Below are positions 1 through 13,074 of a DNA stretch of 64,000 bases, piece by piece. The DNA lies in the NCBI GenBank assembly GCA_964016885.1, contig OZ024745.1, positions 83,700,001 to 83,764,000 on the forward strand, written 5' to 3'. Below the pieces are notes generated by a model. That model saw nothing but the letters and a program-made list of their open reading frames with translations, ran no database searches and had not been told where the DNA came from. The first letter of the stretch is position 1, and each line of letters begins with the position of its first letter. A program made the position numbers and the translations under genes. The DNA comes from Eledone cirrhosa. Taxonomy: Eukaryota.

Positions 1-1640
1 TTTTTGATTGCTGGTAGTTTTTTACTCTTTCATAGTAATTAGTATTTTGTAAGAGAGAGAACATAGAATTTTTATATTTTTCAGCCTCCATAATGACAAC
101 AGTACTTCCCTTGTCCGCTTCCTTAATTATAATGTCCGTATTGTTTTTTAGTTCATGGATAATCTCCCATTCCCTTCGACTCGTGTTGGGTTTGGGTTTA
201 AGTTGCGGTAGTTTACGGTATGGGAAGGTAGTTATGTGGTCACAAAATTCGTCCAGAACTCTGTTTCTACCTTTTGTTGGGTTGTAGCTGCTTTTATTCC
301 GTACAATTGATTCGTCGTTATTCTCCTTGTCAAAGAATTCCTCTGTGAGACGTAATTTTCTACAGAAGTGTGAGATATCGTCATTTATCTCATTGCGGTT
401 AGAGTATTGTGGTGTTGGTGTGAATTTCAGTCCTTTGGAGAGAATTTTTACTTGTTGGGCTGAGAGGATTGTATTTGAAAGGTTGATTATTTTCGGTTTT
501 TCAAAATCGGTTTGTGCCACCGGGTGTCATGAGTCCTGTAGCCTTTGTCTAAAAAATGATTTTTCTGGAATGTTTTTTCAATGGTATTATTATATCTAAT
601 GGTATTTCCCCTGTTGTTGTGTGGTCTTGTATAGAAGTTTCGGACGTATTGAGGTTCGGTTTGTTGATAGTCCGGGTTGTAGATTTTGCTCCTTTGTGTG
701 GGTTGGGATCTACGGTTTTGGAACAGGTTCTGTGTGGGCAGGGGTCTACGGTTTTGGAATAGGTTTTGTGTGGGTTGTGATCTGCGGATCAGGTCCTGCC
801 TTGTGTTCGGGGATCTTTGGTTTTTGTTAGTAGGGTTATAGTTTTGTCTATGGTTTCTGGGATTATCGTTATAGTTTTGCTGGGGTTATGTTGGACGTTT
901 TGTTACTTTTTTTGTTATTTGTTGTGCATGTGGTGTGTGAGTTTTAGTTTGTTTTAAAAATTGGTTACCTGTATGTTGTTCATTTTTGAAGTCCATTTCG
1001 TAGTTGTTGAACCAGGTGGCGTTTTTTTCCCATCGCTGGAGGGATGTTAGTTCTTCATCCTCACAGTTTTCTTTCCAAAGTTTTAGGGTTGTTTTGTAGA
1101 GTAGGCCTTCAGAGTGCTTTGATATTTCTGTGTCCATCTGTTGGTCGAGTGACTTGAATTTTTCTTCGTTGGAGTTGGCTCTTAATCGCAACAGTTCTAT
1201 TTCTGTTTTAAATTTTTCCAACGCCATCTTTTCCCTAAGTCGTTGTTGGTTTTCTGGTTCATTCGGGATGGGTTTCATTTGGAGTTTTTTGGGGAGGATG
1301 ATTGGGGTAGAGTTTAGCCACTTTTCATATATGTCTGCCTTGCCATTATTTTTTAGGAGATTCCAAAGGGCGAATTTGCGGGCTGTGAGCTCTTGAGTCC
1401 ATATGTTGATTAGGGTGTTTTTCACTGAGTGGACATCTCGTAGATTGGGTTCTAACGGTTGTTCCAGCTTTTGGAGCATTGCTGTTTCAATGGTTTCGAT
1501 TAGCTTAGTTAATACTGGAGTAATATTCGTCTCTTGGGTATTTTCTTTTCTTCGTAGGGTCCTTTTTTATAGATGTGTATTTGGTCCACTTTGTTGGTCA
1601 AAATTGAGAGTTTAGAGGAAATCTCTTTAAGTTCAGTGAG
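1..1640 (-). mobile_element. 5' part of a Penelope-like element ORF (Neptune-like N-terminal domain running into RT); continues off the window edge
   Basis: The minus strand translates to KPKIINLSNTILSAQQVKILSKGLKFTPTPQ...ISHFCRKLRLTEEF and IIIKEADKGSTVVIM, typical pre-RT PLE motifs. ORF 886-1479 is the upstream part, and the frame is interrupted. Confidence 0.8.
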
Positions 1641-1692
1641 TTGTTGTTTTGTTGAGACTTCGGTGGCATTTTCGGTCTTCGTGTGGTGGGTA

Positions 1693-2400
1693 TATATTAG
1701 AAAGTGAGGTTTTTTTTACAAATTGAAAAATAATCGAGGTGTGCTACACGAGTGAAAGTATAAAGAAAAAGAGATGAAATCGAAAATATAACTGGAGTCT
1801 TATTTTAAAAAAATATATATATATTTATTTGGTTCCTTTACCGGTTTCGCAGTTCTTCTGCTTTTCAAAAGTAGAGTTGAGATGGAGGGTCTGTGGTTTT
1901 TCTCACATCTGGTTGGTCTGTGAATGTTACTTGTTTTATATGGAAAAAGTGGATCGAAATGCCAGGTTTTTCGAGAAGTAATTTGATTGGTAGGTCAATA
2001 ATTATAATAAATTTCGCGCCAGTTCGCGTTACAATAGTTCTTCAAATAAGAGGGGGTGTTTGTCACAGGTTGTTTTTTTCATATATGAGTGTTTGAATTT
2101 ATTTTTACTTGAAAAAAGGGGCTCGTGCAGGCTTTTTTTTTTTGTTTTTTTTTTTGATTGGTTATAAATGAAATTATGGCTGTCACGTGAACAAGTTTTC
2201 ATTAAATATTCGCGCCCTTATTTGGAAATCCATTCTGTAGCCTTTTTAGAGAATTTTATGATAAGTAAAAGATAATGGTCAAGAGAAATGGGATGGGAGA
2301 ATTGTTCTGGTTCAGTGAATATGGTTAGTTCTCTGGGGTGTCAGAATTCAGATTTTCTATTGAATAAAGAAAGTAAAGATATGTATGTTTATTTCTGTGC

Positions 2401-2478
<78 letters not shown>

Positions 2479-3379
2479 TTCTTTTTACTTAAAAAAAGGT
2501 GGCTCACGAAGGCTTTTTTTTAATAAACGTGATTTGATTGATTATAAATGAAATTTGGCTGTCACGTGAACAAGTTTTCGTAACATTTTTGCGCCCTTAT
2601 TTAGAAATCTATTCTGAAGCCTTTCTAGAGAATGTTATGACAAGGAAAAGATAGTGGTCAAGAGAAATGGGATGGGAGAATTGTTCTGGTTCAGTGAATA
2701 TGGGTAGTTCGCTGGGGTGTCAGAGTTCAGATTTTCTATTGAAGTAAAGATATGTATGTTTATGTGTGTGCTTGTGTGTGTGTGTGTGAGTGTGTGTTTG
2801 TATGTGTGTATTGGAAGATGATTCTAATAGTCGAAATGGGGGAGGGAGTTGTGGGTGTGGGGATTGTTATGTGTGTGTATCGGTGTTATGTGTGTAGGAG
2901 TACGGTTAGCATGTTAAGGTGAAGAGAATATATATATATATATTGTGTGTGTGTGTGTGTGTGTGTGTGTAGGAAAATGATTCCTTTAGTAGGAATATTT
3001 TTGAATGAACATATTTTCCTTACTTATTCGTATTTGTTCTGTTGTATTGTCAGTGCAAACGTATGTTATTTGAAGAACTATTGTAACGCGAACTGGCGCG
3101 AGATTTATTATAATTATTTCGAGCTACTTTTTCCATATAAAACAAGTAACATTCACAGACCAATCAGATGTGTGAAAAACCACAGACCCTCCATCTCAAC
3201 TCTACTTTTGAAAAGCAGAAGAACTGCGAAACCGGTAAAGAACCAAATAAATATATATATATTTTTTTTTAAATAAGACTCCAGTTGCATTTTCGATTTC
3301 ATCTCTTTTTCTTTATACTTTCACTCGTGTAGGACACCTCGGTTATTTATCAATTTGTAAAAAAAACCCTCACTTTCTA

Positions 3380-3383
<4 letters not shown>
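1693..3383. repeat. Upstream pseudo-LTR of the PLE with an inverted partial pLTR (arms ~1693-2049 and ~3066-3383)
   Basis: The arms are reverse complements, e.g. ggtttcgcagttcttctgcttttcaaaagtagag vs ctctacttttgaaaagcagaagaactgcgaaacc. The spacer holds a ~380-bp tandem duplication (2091-2470, 2471-2815). Confidence 0.85.
3205..3240 (+). ncRNA. Minimal type-I hammerhead ribozyme, U3-A8 variant (mirror copy at 1836-1871, minus strand)
   Basis: CTT-TTGAAAA-GCAG aagaa CTGC-GAAA-CCGG-TA-AAG: stem I, core, stem II, GAAA, palindromic stem III, GUA triplet. Confidence 0.7.
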
Positions 3384-3425
<42 letters not shown>

Positions 3426-3493
3426 ATATGTGTATGTATATATGTATGTATGTATGTATATGTATGTATATGTATATATGTATGTATGTATGA

Positions 3494-3569
<76 letters not shown>

Positions 3570-4437
3570 TCATATATATATATATACACACACATATATA
3601 TATATATATGCATATATATATATATACACACACATATAATTATATATGTGTGTGTGTGTATATATATATATGTGTGTATATGTGTATATATATATATGGG
3701 GGTATAGATGTGTATGTGTAGATATAGATATATATGGATATATATATATATATGATTACATGCATGCGTGTGGATGTGTATATAAGTTTGCATATATTTG
3801 TACGTATGTATATTTTGGTTAGATATCAATATAACTGTACCTCTCTATATATATAGTGTGGATATATGCACTTTGTATACTATGAAATTTATGTGTTTTA
3901 ACTATACCAACATGTACTTCTCTGAGTTTGATTGTTTATGCATAAACATACTAATAATATTTTAGAGCGTATAATATGTTATATTATACTAGGTGCAATT
4001 TACCACACCGTACTATATTGTATTGGTTAAGTTGTATATTATCGCATTACTATATCTCATTATCTTATTATAATTTTCATTTTTTAATATACTATCTTTC
4101 CTAGCCATAACATTAATTTATATTCACCTTAAAACTCAATACAACACTAATCAACATTTATTTTGACATTCCTTTTAAATTCACTATTCAAAATACATTC
4201 AACTATCAGTTTGACAATCCCCTTCCTTCCTAATAGATTTTTATGCCATTTCTACTAACACCCTACAACCATTCCTTTCAAATGGTCATGACCTCAACTA
4301 AAGTGTATTACTTTTCATCTTAACACCATATGAAAAAAACAATTTGATTCGTTAGTTCTTCAACTACCTCCAAATAAGGACATGATACTAACATGCTACT
4401 AATTCTGAGTAAAATTATTATTGAATAAAATTATTAT

Positions 4438-4569
4438 TGCTTTTGAAAACAGCTGGTGATATGCATGTAAGTAAATATTTTCTCTATCTGATAGTTTGTA
4501 AACTTACATAGATCAATAACTGAGTATAGATACAATGTATCATCACTATCTAGAAACGATCGTAAAGCA
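4438..4569 (+). ncRNA. Type-I hammerhead-like motif, U3-A8 variant, with a ~100-nt branched stem II
   Basis: TGCTT-TTGAAAA-[cagctggtgatatgcat...atgtatcatcactatcta]-GAAA-CGATCG-TA-AAGCA, followed by a short tail and (TA)n. Confidence 0.6.
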
Positions 4570-4618
4570 GTGAAGTATATCTATAATGACTTGATTTTTT
4601 ATTTTATTTCATTGTTTT

Positions 4619-4670
<52 letters not shown>

Positions 4671-4789
4671 TAGATAGATAGATATTTATATACACACACA
4701 TTAAAGGTCATAGCCATCCAATGGCTATCATCGATATATATATATCAGTAAATATAGGATTATGAGTTCATGCAATTAACTTATGCTTC

Positions 4790-4830
4790 GTCACTATATA
4801 TATATATATATATAAATTTCTATACCTTTC

Positions 4831-4923
<93 letters not shown>

Positions 4924-5615
4924 AAAAATACATATGTATATATATAAGAGATGGGTGTGTAAAGGGTAAGGTAGAAAGTAGGGGGGAATATAAATCAACA
5001 GAAATATAAATATCATAGGGGAAAAAATATAAATATAAGAGGAGATGAGGGAGAAAAAGAATATATCGGTAAAGAATGTGAGTTCAGAGAGTAATACAAA
5101 TCGTAGTGGATGTAAGGCGTAATGAGTAAAGAAGACGTTCAAGGTGGTTGAGTTATCATAGGAATGTCAATCCAGTTACAAAGTAGATGCGATTTCAGGT
5201 GAGGACAACATCTGAAGATCTCGGTCTTGGAGTTAAGGCAAGTGGAAGTGGCTTTCAAATTTTGGAGAATTCTAAATTTTTCCGTGGTGCACAAAGAACA
5301 ATTCTTTGTGCCCCTTTGGTATTCTCTTGAACGGTCTAAAATAGACCAATCGATAGTATACGGAATGTTTTTGTCTTTGAATTCCCACACTTTATTTGCG
5401 AGAGCTGTTGCTGTTCTTTTTTCAGGATGTTTAAAAGAAGCGACATGTGCGTAATACCGGGTTTTGAACCTGTCCTGAGTCATGCCAACATATCGTTCAC
5501 TCCTGGCTGGCTGGTTGTTAATCAACGGTGTCAATTTGGCCTCATACACAATGGATTTAATATTACATTTGCCCTGTAATGGGCATTCTTCCGACTTCCT
5601 ACAACTGCATCCTGG
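4790..5615 (-). mobile_element. 5'-truncated Naiad-like PLE: GIY-YIG endonuclease (5139-5615) plus 3' UTR
   Basis: Translates to GCSCRKSEECPLQGKCNIKSIVYEAK...RYVGMTQDRFKTRY...CSLCTTEK...LNSKTEIFRCCPH, i.e. CxCx5Cx5C linker, GIY-YIG and CxxC...CxH. Confidence 0.85.
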
Positions 5616-5616
5616 A

Positions 5617-5665
5617 TTTACTGGGTAATTGCTGGCCTTGTGCCAAAAGTAGAAACAATTATTAT
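5617..5665 (+). mobile_element. 3' tail fragment of a Meta-type SINE
   Basis: actgggtaattgctggccttgtgccaaaagtagaaacaattatta matches the SINE tails near 12900. Confidence 0.7.
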
Positions 5666-6692
5666 ACTAAACAGTTATATACTCACCCTCTTTTAGAGCA
5701 AATTTCATTTTGTAAAGATAAAGAGTTTGTGAATTTAGAATTAAACAAATATCAAATTTACCATTATGGCATAATAAGAGTATTAGTAATATTCAATTCC
5801 ATGACGGCACTCAGTTTGATATTATTGATTTCTAACTCCGATAACTGCATCTGCGCTTCAAAAGATTTTTACGGAAACATATTTTCATTCAGATATTTTT
5901 ATATCAAATAATTATACATCTAAGAAAATATTGCTTTGCTTTGATAATGACAAATAATAAAAAGTTATCAATAAATTTAATGCAGCAATCTATAGCCGGG
6001 ATTTTAGAGAAATTTGAAAATGTTTTTGTCTAAATTTTTGAGATGAGAAATCATTATCATACTCTGATTTATTCGCACTAGTGACCTCATTGGGTTGTGA
6101 GAGCCAAAATACGTTGGCTGCTGCATCTATTGGCCTGTCGTATTCAATAGCGTTCTTGGAATTTTGGATTCAAAGACATTATTCAAAGTACGGGGTTCGA
6201 TTTTTCACATCCCATTGCCTATGCTCGGAATATCCTTATATTAGTTGTCAGTGATGTTGATGTTTCAACCACTTATAAATAGTGTATATAGATAGGCTAC
6301 CCCATGGATTCAATCCACACCCATCACGTTAACTACACTACTTACCACGCAACAAACATTTATGATGGCTTTGTTATTACAACCGGAGTTACTAAGGTTA
6401 TTGTCAAGGATTTTAGACATACATAATGCCATCTTTAGGATAAGAATATGTTATTCTGCATTGATTCCAATCAAATTTGTGACCTTTCTTCAGGCGATTC
6501 AACACGATGCCTCTTGTATTATGGAGGTATGGTCACATTTGGGCCTTGAAACCTAGGGTAGCACTTTTGTTCAACGTATGAACATAAATTATGTAATACT
6601 TCTGCTCTCTTCCTGATTGAACACTATTTCCTTTTCCCTTTTCATACCTGCAGATATTGCTACACACACAAACACACAGAGACTCACTCATA

Positions 6693-6793
<101 letters not shown>

Positions 6794-7036
6794 TTTCATA
6801 TGTAAATATCGTACCCACATGAAGTCGGAATTTTCATAATAATTAACGAATAAGTCAAATATAATTATATCATTGAATGAGTGAGATAACGGCCGAGGGT
6901 GTGTCGATTCTCTTCAACTAGCTTCGTATACCTGTATATATATATATATATAAAATTACGCATATATATATCATTTGTAACCATTAGAAGAAAAAGCGAA
7001 GGTTTATATTTATCTTTTATTGTTAATAGTTTTCAC

Positions 7037-7092
<56 letters not shown>

Positions 7093-7094
<2 letters not shown>

Positions 7095-7208
7095 CGAAGG
7101 AAATGTGGTAAGGAACCAGGTGGACCATAACGCACCAAAGTACTCAATACTTGAGGTAGTAGAGTGGGTAATAGGAACCAGTAAGACCCCAATGGGGTCT
7201 TACTGGTT

Positions 7209-7213
<5 letters not shown>
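7093..7213. repeat. Short insert between (TA)n tracts ending in a perfect 20-bp hairpin (7171-7213); same family as 55390-55505
   Basis: ataggaaccagtaagacccc-aat-ggggtcttactggttcctat. Its 5' part aacgaaggaaatgtggtaaggaa...ggaccataacgc is shared with 55390. Confidence 0.75.
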
Positions 7214-7234
<21 letters not shown>

Positions 7235-7245
<11 letters not shown>

Positions 7246-8510
7246 GATTGTATATGTATAATAAAGCGAAAACAATGCAGGTATGGACATAGAATAAAGA
7301 ATGCGAATGCAGAAGATATTGTTGACAATTAGTCTTTTACCTTAGATTTTCGAGATAATATCTCTTCTTCGGAGGGAAGTAAAGCGGTTAAACCAGTGTT
7401 CTAAATAGCTTGCCAAGTCATGCTGACAGGAAATAGTATAGAGTTAAGATTAGGTGGATAAAGAGTAGTCTCCCTTTAAAAGGGTTTTTTTTTGTACATG
7501 CCTGTTTAAGTGTGTGGGAGAATGCATGAAGGTGTAAGTATGTGAGTGTGTGTGTGTGAGTGTGAGAAGATATGTCTATACGTAAATGTGGGGGATAGAT
7601 GTTATCTCGTGTTAGAACTGGTCTTTGTGTGTGTATGTGTGTGTGTGAGAGAGAATAAGTGGAGGTGCAAGCGTGTGTGTGTGTGTGCGTGTGCGTGCGT
7701 GTGTGTGTGCGTGTGTGTGTGGGGTGTGTGTAAATATGGGGCTAGAAGCTCTATCAAGTTATAAATTGGGTGTTGAGTTCTCGTCTATTATTGATTGGTG
7801 GTTGTGTTTTGTCTATAATTATTGCTTCCTTAATCCTAAGATTGCCGAGGTTTCTTTCCTTAGTTTCTATCGTAACTGTTATGGTTGTGTCGGGATTTTT
7901 GCATTTAACTAGGTGTTTCTTAAATGAGGAAGCGTTAGTATTGAGGTGTTCTTTTATTCTTATGTGGAGTGGTCTGGTGGTGCTACCTACGTAGAAGTTG
8001 CTGCATTTGTCACACTCTAGTCTGTATACGACGTAAGCCTGGTGGCATAGGTCTGTGTCGTTGATGGGGCAGTTGGCTAGCCTGCAGCAGTTGTCATGTC
8101 TGGTGGAGTGTCTTTTTGTTAGCTGTCTGCGTAGAGAGGGACCTGAGTGGGCCAGTTGGATATCTAGTCCTTCTCGTCTGATAGCATGTACAAAACAGGT
8201 ATGTACAAAAAAAAACCTTTTAAAGGGAGACTACTCTTTATCCACCTAATCTTAACTCTTTGACATTAGAGATAGAACAGATACTCTATACTATTTCCTG
8301 TCAGCATGACTTGGCAAGCTATTTAGAACACTGATTTAACCGCTTTACTTCCCTCCGAAGAAGAGATATTATCTCGAAAATTAAGGACATTTAAATAAAT
8401 CTAAGGTAAAAGACTAATTGTCAACAATATCTTTTGCATTTGCATTCTTTATTCTATGTCCATACCTGCATTGTTTTGGCTTTATTATACATATAAAAAC
8501 GTTTATACCT
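7235..8510 (-). mobile_element. 5'-truncated PLE (GIY-YIG at 7754-8185, absent from the ORF track) with inverted pLTR arms 7235-7500 / 8186-8510
   Basis: The minus strand reads CCRLANCPINDTDLCHQAYVVYRLECDKCSNFYVGSTTRPLHIRIKEH...LRIKEAIIIDKTQPPINNRRE. The arms are reverse complements and carry an HHR-like CCT-CCGAAGA-a-GAGAT att ATCTC-GAAA-AT(C)-TA-AGG. Confidence 0.85.
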
Positions 8511-9287
8511 CATTACACAATGCTTCAAGTGAACTATAACCTCCTCCATATATATATTTATTTATTTATCTTTTATTGTTAATACTTTTCACTATATATA
8601 TATATAGTGAAAAGTATTAACAATAAAAGATACATATAAATTTTTGCTTTTTCTTCTAATGGTTACAAATGTTATATGATGCAATGTGTGTATCAAATAT
8701 ATGCGTAATTTTTTATATAGAAATAAATTTGTCGTGGATCAATATTAATGAAGCAGCATTGATCCTGATACCGCTAAGTAAATAAACTAAATAAAGTTGA
8801 CGCAGTAACAATACGTATGATTAGTGTCCACTAAGCTGTCGTGATGTATTCTGTACAGTTTTACCGTATTGTGTTTGCCACGAGCATATAGGCAAATAGG
8901 ACCGTGTGAACGTTTGAATGTTAAGTAGGAATTCTTATAGAACAGTGCAACACGAACAAAATAGGTTTAACAAAAAGAAAATGTACGGAATCTTATTTTT
9001 ACAACAAAGCAAAATATATTTTCTGAAAGGGGAATGTGATGGGAATATTAAGTCATGCAGTTTGTATCACGTTACTGACCAGTTTTACTTCATTTTGAGA
9101 TAAATATATTGTTGCATATTCTCCAATTATTGGTATCCCAATACATTATATTATTATCTAAAGTGTATCGATTGGTAGCCCACATAATATCAATCAAATA
9201 TTCCAAGCTGCAAACACACGGTCACCTATCTATATTCACATTGCCACGATTTGCTAAAATAAATATATGTATGTAAGAGTATGCATG

Positions 9288-9339
<52 letters not shown>

Positions 9340-9849
9340 CAAGGCTATTTGTTTTTTATAGTTGCTGACAGAAATGCAATGTTCCATCATAAGGATTTAG
9401 ATAACACACTAAATGTATTGATTTCTAGAAAAGACGTGAACACTTTTAGCATTTTTCTTACAGATTGAAATCATTAAATATTAGTTAGATGGCCTTTTCT
9501 CCTTATCAGAATCTCCCAGGTTCTCCTAACTTTTCTCAAGCACGTACTAATATAACCAGATGTGCTAATAATTATGAACGCTGGCCTAAATCTATATACT
9601 ATATAGAGAATGTTTTTCACTTAGTTCAGTAGAAATATTAGTGTCTGGGAATTTCTTCAAAAAAGGTGACAACCCTCCCTTGCCTAGAGACGGTGCACGA
9701 ATATTTGAAATAGTTTGGACTCCGTTAAAGTCAGCAAATGGCTACGTGGTAGTAGTATTATCCAGAGCGACTGATTAACTATAGTCAAGTCAGCCTGAAC
9801 ATTATTTGGATACACGAAAAAAAAAATAGCCAGGAAATTCCACAATGTA

Positions 9850-11600
9850 TCCCGTTCAACGCCTTAATAATTTCGACAGCACACGATCTTAGATTGTTAG
9901 TTTATTTATCGCCTCCAAAGGATGAATCTTTAGGTTGCTGTGGAGTAAAATGTTCCCCTGCATAACAATTATTTTAGTGTACACATTTCCTGGACCGCTG
10001 ACCTCCAAAATAGTACGTAGTCATAGCAACTCTTTCTCAACTCTTTGTCCCAGTGTTGTTCTTACGGATGGTTTTCAATATATTTTTAACAACGTCATAC
10101 CGCATAAGTTAATATCTTGATGACGTTTTATTGCAATTGATGATCATCTATTTAGTATCTTTCATAGACATGTGACATGTGACATCATCGCAACTTTTAG
10201 TGACATCGTGTGATATTAATGGCTTCATTGTTCACAAAGTATTTTGTAGGTTCTTGGATAATATTCAATATGCAACTTTATGTAGGGCTATGAGTACAAT
10301 AGAGTTTACATTTCTTGTCGCTATTGGCATTGTTCGAGTTAGCAAGTAGCATAATCGTACACGTTGATACTAAGTATATTTCTGCTCCAGTAACCTTTTT
10401 GGGTATGTCCATCCATCCGTTTTAGGGAGACACAGGGCATCATCTGGACCTGGGTGAATATGAGTTCATATTCGAGTCACATCTTTGTCTCTTATCTTTG
10501 GAACATACGATCGAGCTATTAATTTTATTTTTCCTGTTATCGTTTAGATTATACTGAAGTATAGTATCCGTCAGAATATATAATCTAAATCATCTTCTGA
10601 CATAAAACCTGCTGATATCTCCGTGCTGTTGATGATTCTACTTCATATGTGTATGTTTTAGCTTTGCTAATGATCGAGTGCTCTAAATGTATTGTGAAAT
10701 ATTATTGACTTGTTAGGGGAAATATCTAACTGTTGTATTTTTTTCTAAACTTCACAAAGTTAACAAAAATAGGATTCTGATATTGCGTCCCTATTCTCAT
10801 TCTTTTGACACCCAACTTCTCCTTACTCATTCTATCTTTTAAACTCTTTGTGACCAGTATTTCCCGTTGCATCCCATCTCTATTATTATCTGATCCTGCA
10901 GTTTGAATTTTTTTTACTCAATATGCACGTAAGCCTCCGCGGATCACATAAATGTACATCCACTGAAATCATATTAAGATATCACACCTTCAAGAATGTT
11001 ACTTCTGTTTGACTTTTTATAAATATTTTCATGAGAATAGTTCTGATTAGTTTTCTTCTTTCTTACTTCGTCTTCACAAGTTTAAATGGAGCCCAAGTTT
11101 GGCGGCTAGATTTTATTCATTTACAGTTGAAATACTTAAATGTAATCGTAAATTATATTCTGGTAGATTCTTTCCTTACTCATCTCGCCTATGTAAGTCT
11201 CTTCCAGCTTCTTGCTTTCCTGACCAATACAATTTGCAAAACTTCAAAAGCAACATAAATTTCCTTGAATTATGTCCTCCCAGTTTGTCCTTCTCTCTTC
11301 ACAGTAAGCCCTTAAATATTAATGGATTTATTGTCGTGCTTAGGGTAAGTAAATGTAAACAATGATATGCAAACAAATGAACTACTGATTATGAACTCTA
11401 TGGTATTAATATATTATTCTATTTCCTCTTATATGTTCTACATTCTTCTGATATTCTTGTAATATTGATCCTCATGCATTTAACGTATTCTATGGCTATT
11501 CTTTAATATTTTAAAAGCAACACTGACTTCTTCGATTACCAATTACATGCTTGCAGCTAATTCACTCCAGTAATTGCCTTCTAATATAACTAATTAGTGT
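9850..11600 (-). mobile_element. Possible ancient RTE-type LINE relic
   Basis: Only faint, stop-ridden echoes of RT motifs, e.g. ...FMSEDDLDYIF...KIKLI and an LRxxxHV-like segment. Confidence 0.3.
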
Positions 11601-11893
11601 TTATCTCAAAGGATAATCAATTAATTAATCACGGAAACGGCGGTAGACGACGTCTATATAATCATAAAATAAAATTGACTTTTATAAGAAAGCTCTCATG
11701 AACAATTTTATGATAGAAATCGGGTCATTTTTTAAAATTCAGCCTGGGGCCAAACTTGTAATTATGAATGTCTGGCCTGTGTGAGTGAGTGTGTGTATAA
11801 CTGTGTGCATATGTACATGAATGCATACAATATATATATATATATGTGCGTGTGTGTGTGTGTGTGTGTGTGTATATGTATGTGTGTGTGTGC

Positions 11894-11979
<86 letters not shown>

Positions 11980-12556
11980 CGTGTGTGTGTGAAATGGCCT
12001 TCTTGGTTAAGAAATATAAAAGTGGTAAATTCCTAAGGCCTGCGTTTTTAAGTAGCGAGAAGTAGTGTGACTGTGGCTTAATTATGAGATATAGTAGCAG
12101 CAATGACGGGAGGCATCAAATGGGATTGGGAAGAAATACTATGTAGATTAATTGTTTAGAGGAGCAACATTGTTTGGAATGGACATAGAAATGACAAAGA
12201 GAAAAACAATGCATTTATGACCCAGTTGTGGCAATGTATGGATAAGTGATGCCTTTTATTTTTTCAGCAAGCCGTGTAACATTTTCACTACATCTTACAA
12301 TTCCAACGTGACACCACATGGTATCCGTACATAATAGTCAAGATCATAGTCACTGAAAATTTAGTAGTCCCACCCCCATTGTATATAAACTATGATTCCT
12401 TATTGAAAAAGGCATATGACCAATTTTAGCATCTAGTAACCGAAGATTTAGCACCCTCCACAATTAGATACAAACAACGATCTCTCGTTTAAAAGAATAT
12501 ATTCCCAATTTTAACTTCTATTAATATTACAATGTTCTCTGTTTCTCTAACATTAT

Positions 12557-12932
12557 GGTGGATTGGCAGTATCGGTAGAGGGTCGGACACCATGCTTTCC
12601 AGTATAGTTACGACCCTTTACGATCTGAGTTCAAATCCCGCCGAGGTTGACTTTGCCTTTCATCCTTACGGGGTCGATAAAATAAAGTACCAGTAATGCA
12701 CTGGATAATTGCTGGCCTTGTGCCTAAAGTAGAAACAATTATGCTGGATTGGCAGTATCGGTAGAGGGTCGGACACCATGCTTTGCAGCATAGAGTTACG
12801 GTCCTTTATGATATGAGTTAAAATCCCGCCAAGGTTAACTTTGCCTTTCATCCTTACGGGGTCGATAAAATGAAGTACCAGTAATGTACTGGTTAATTGC
12901 TGGCCTTGTGCCAAAAGTAGAAACAATTATTG
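12557..12932 (+). mobile_element. Head-to-tail dimer of a tRNA-derived Meta-domain SINE (12557-12742, 12743-12932)
   Basis: A-box-like tggcagtatcgg, B-box gagttcaaatccc, Meta-like core tttgcctttcatccttacggggtcgataaaataaagtaccag, and a (TTA)-type tail. Confidence 0.85.
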
Positions 12933-13074
12933 TACTTAATCCAAGCTTGAGAATGATATACGTTATATAATACACAATGATTAATATTAACTTTTATTGT
13001 TTAAGAGAGAAATTGCGGTAGATTGTTAAAGTCGTTAGACAGACGAATATATATATATATATATATAAGATTAA

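Noticed and set aside
4705-4755. Possible HHR downstream of the Naiad fragment (minus strand CGATGA-TAGCCA ttgga TGGCTA)
   Set aside because: A stem II-like hairpin is present, but GAAA, stem III and stem I are not recoverable.
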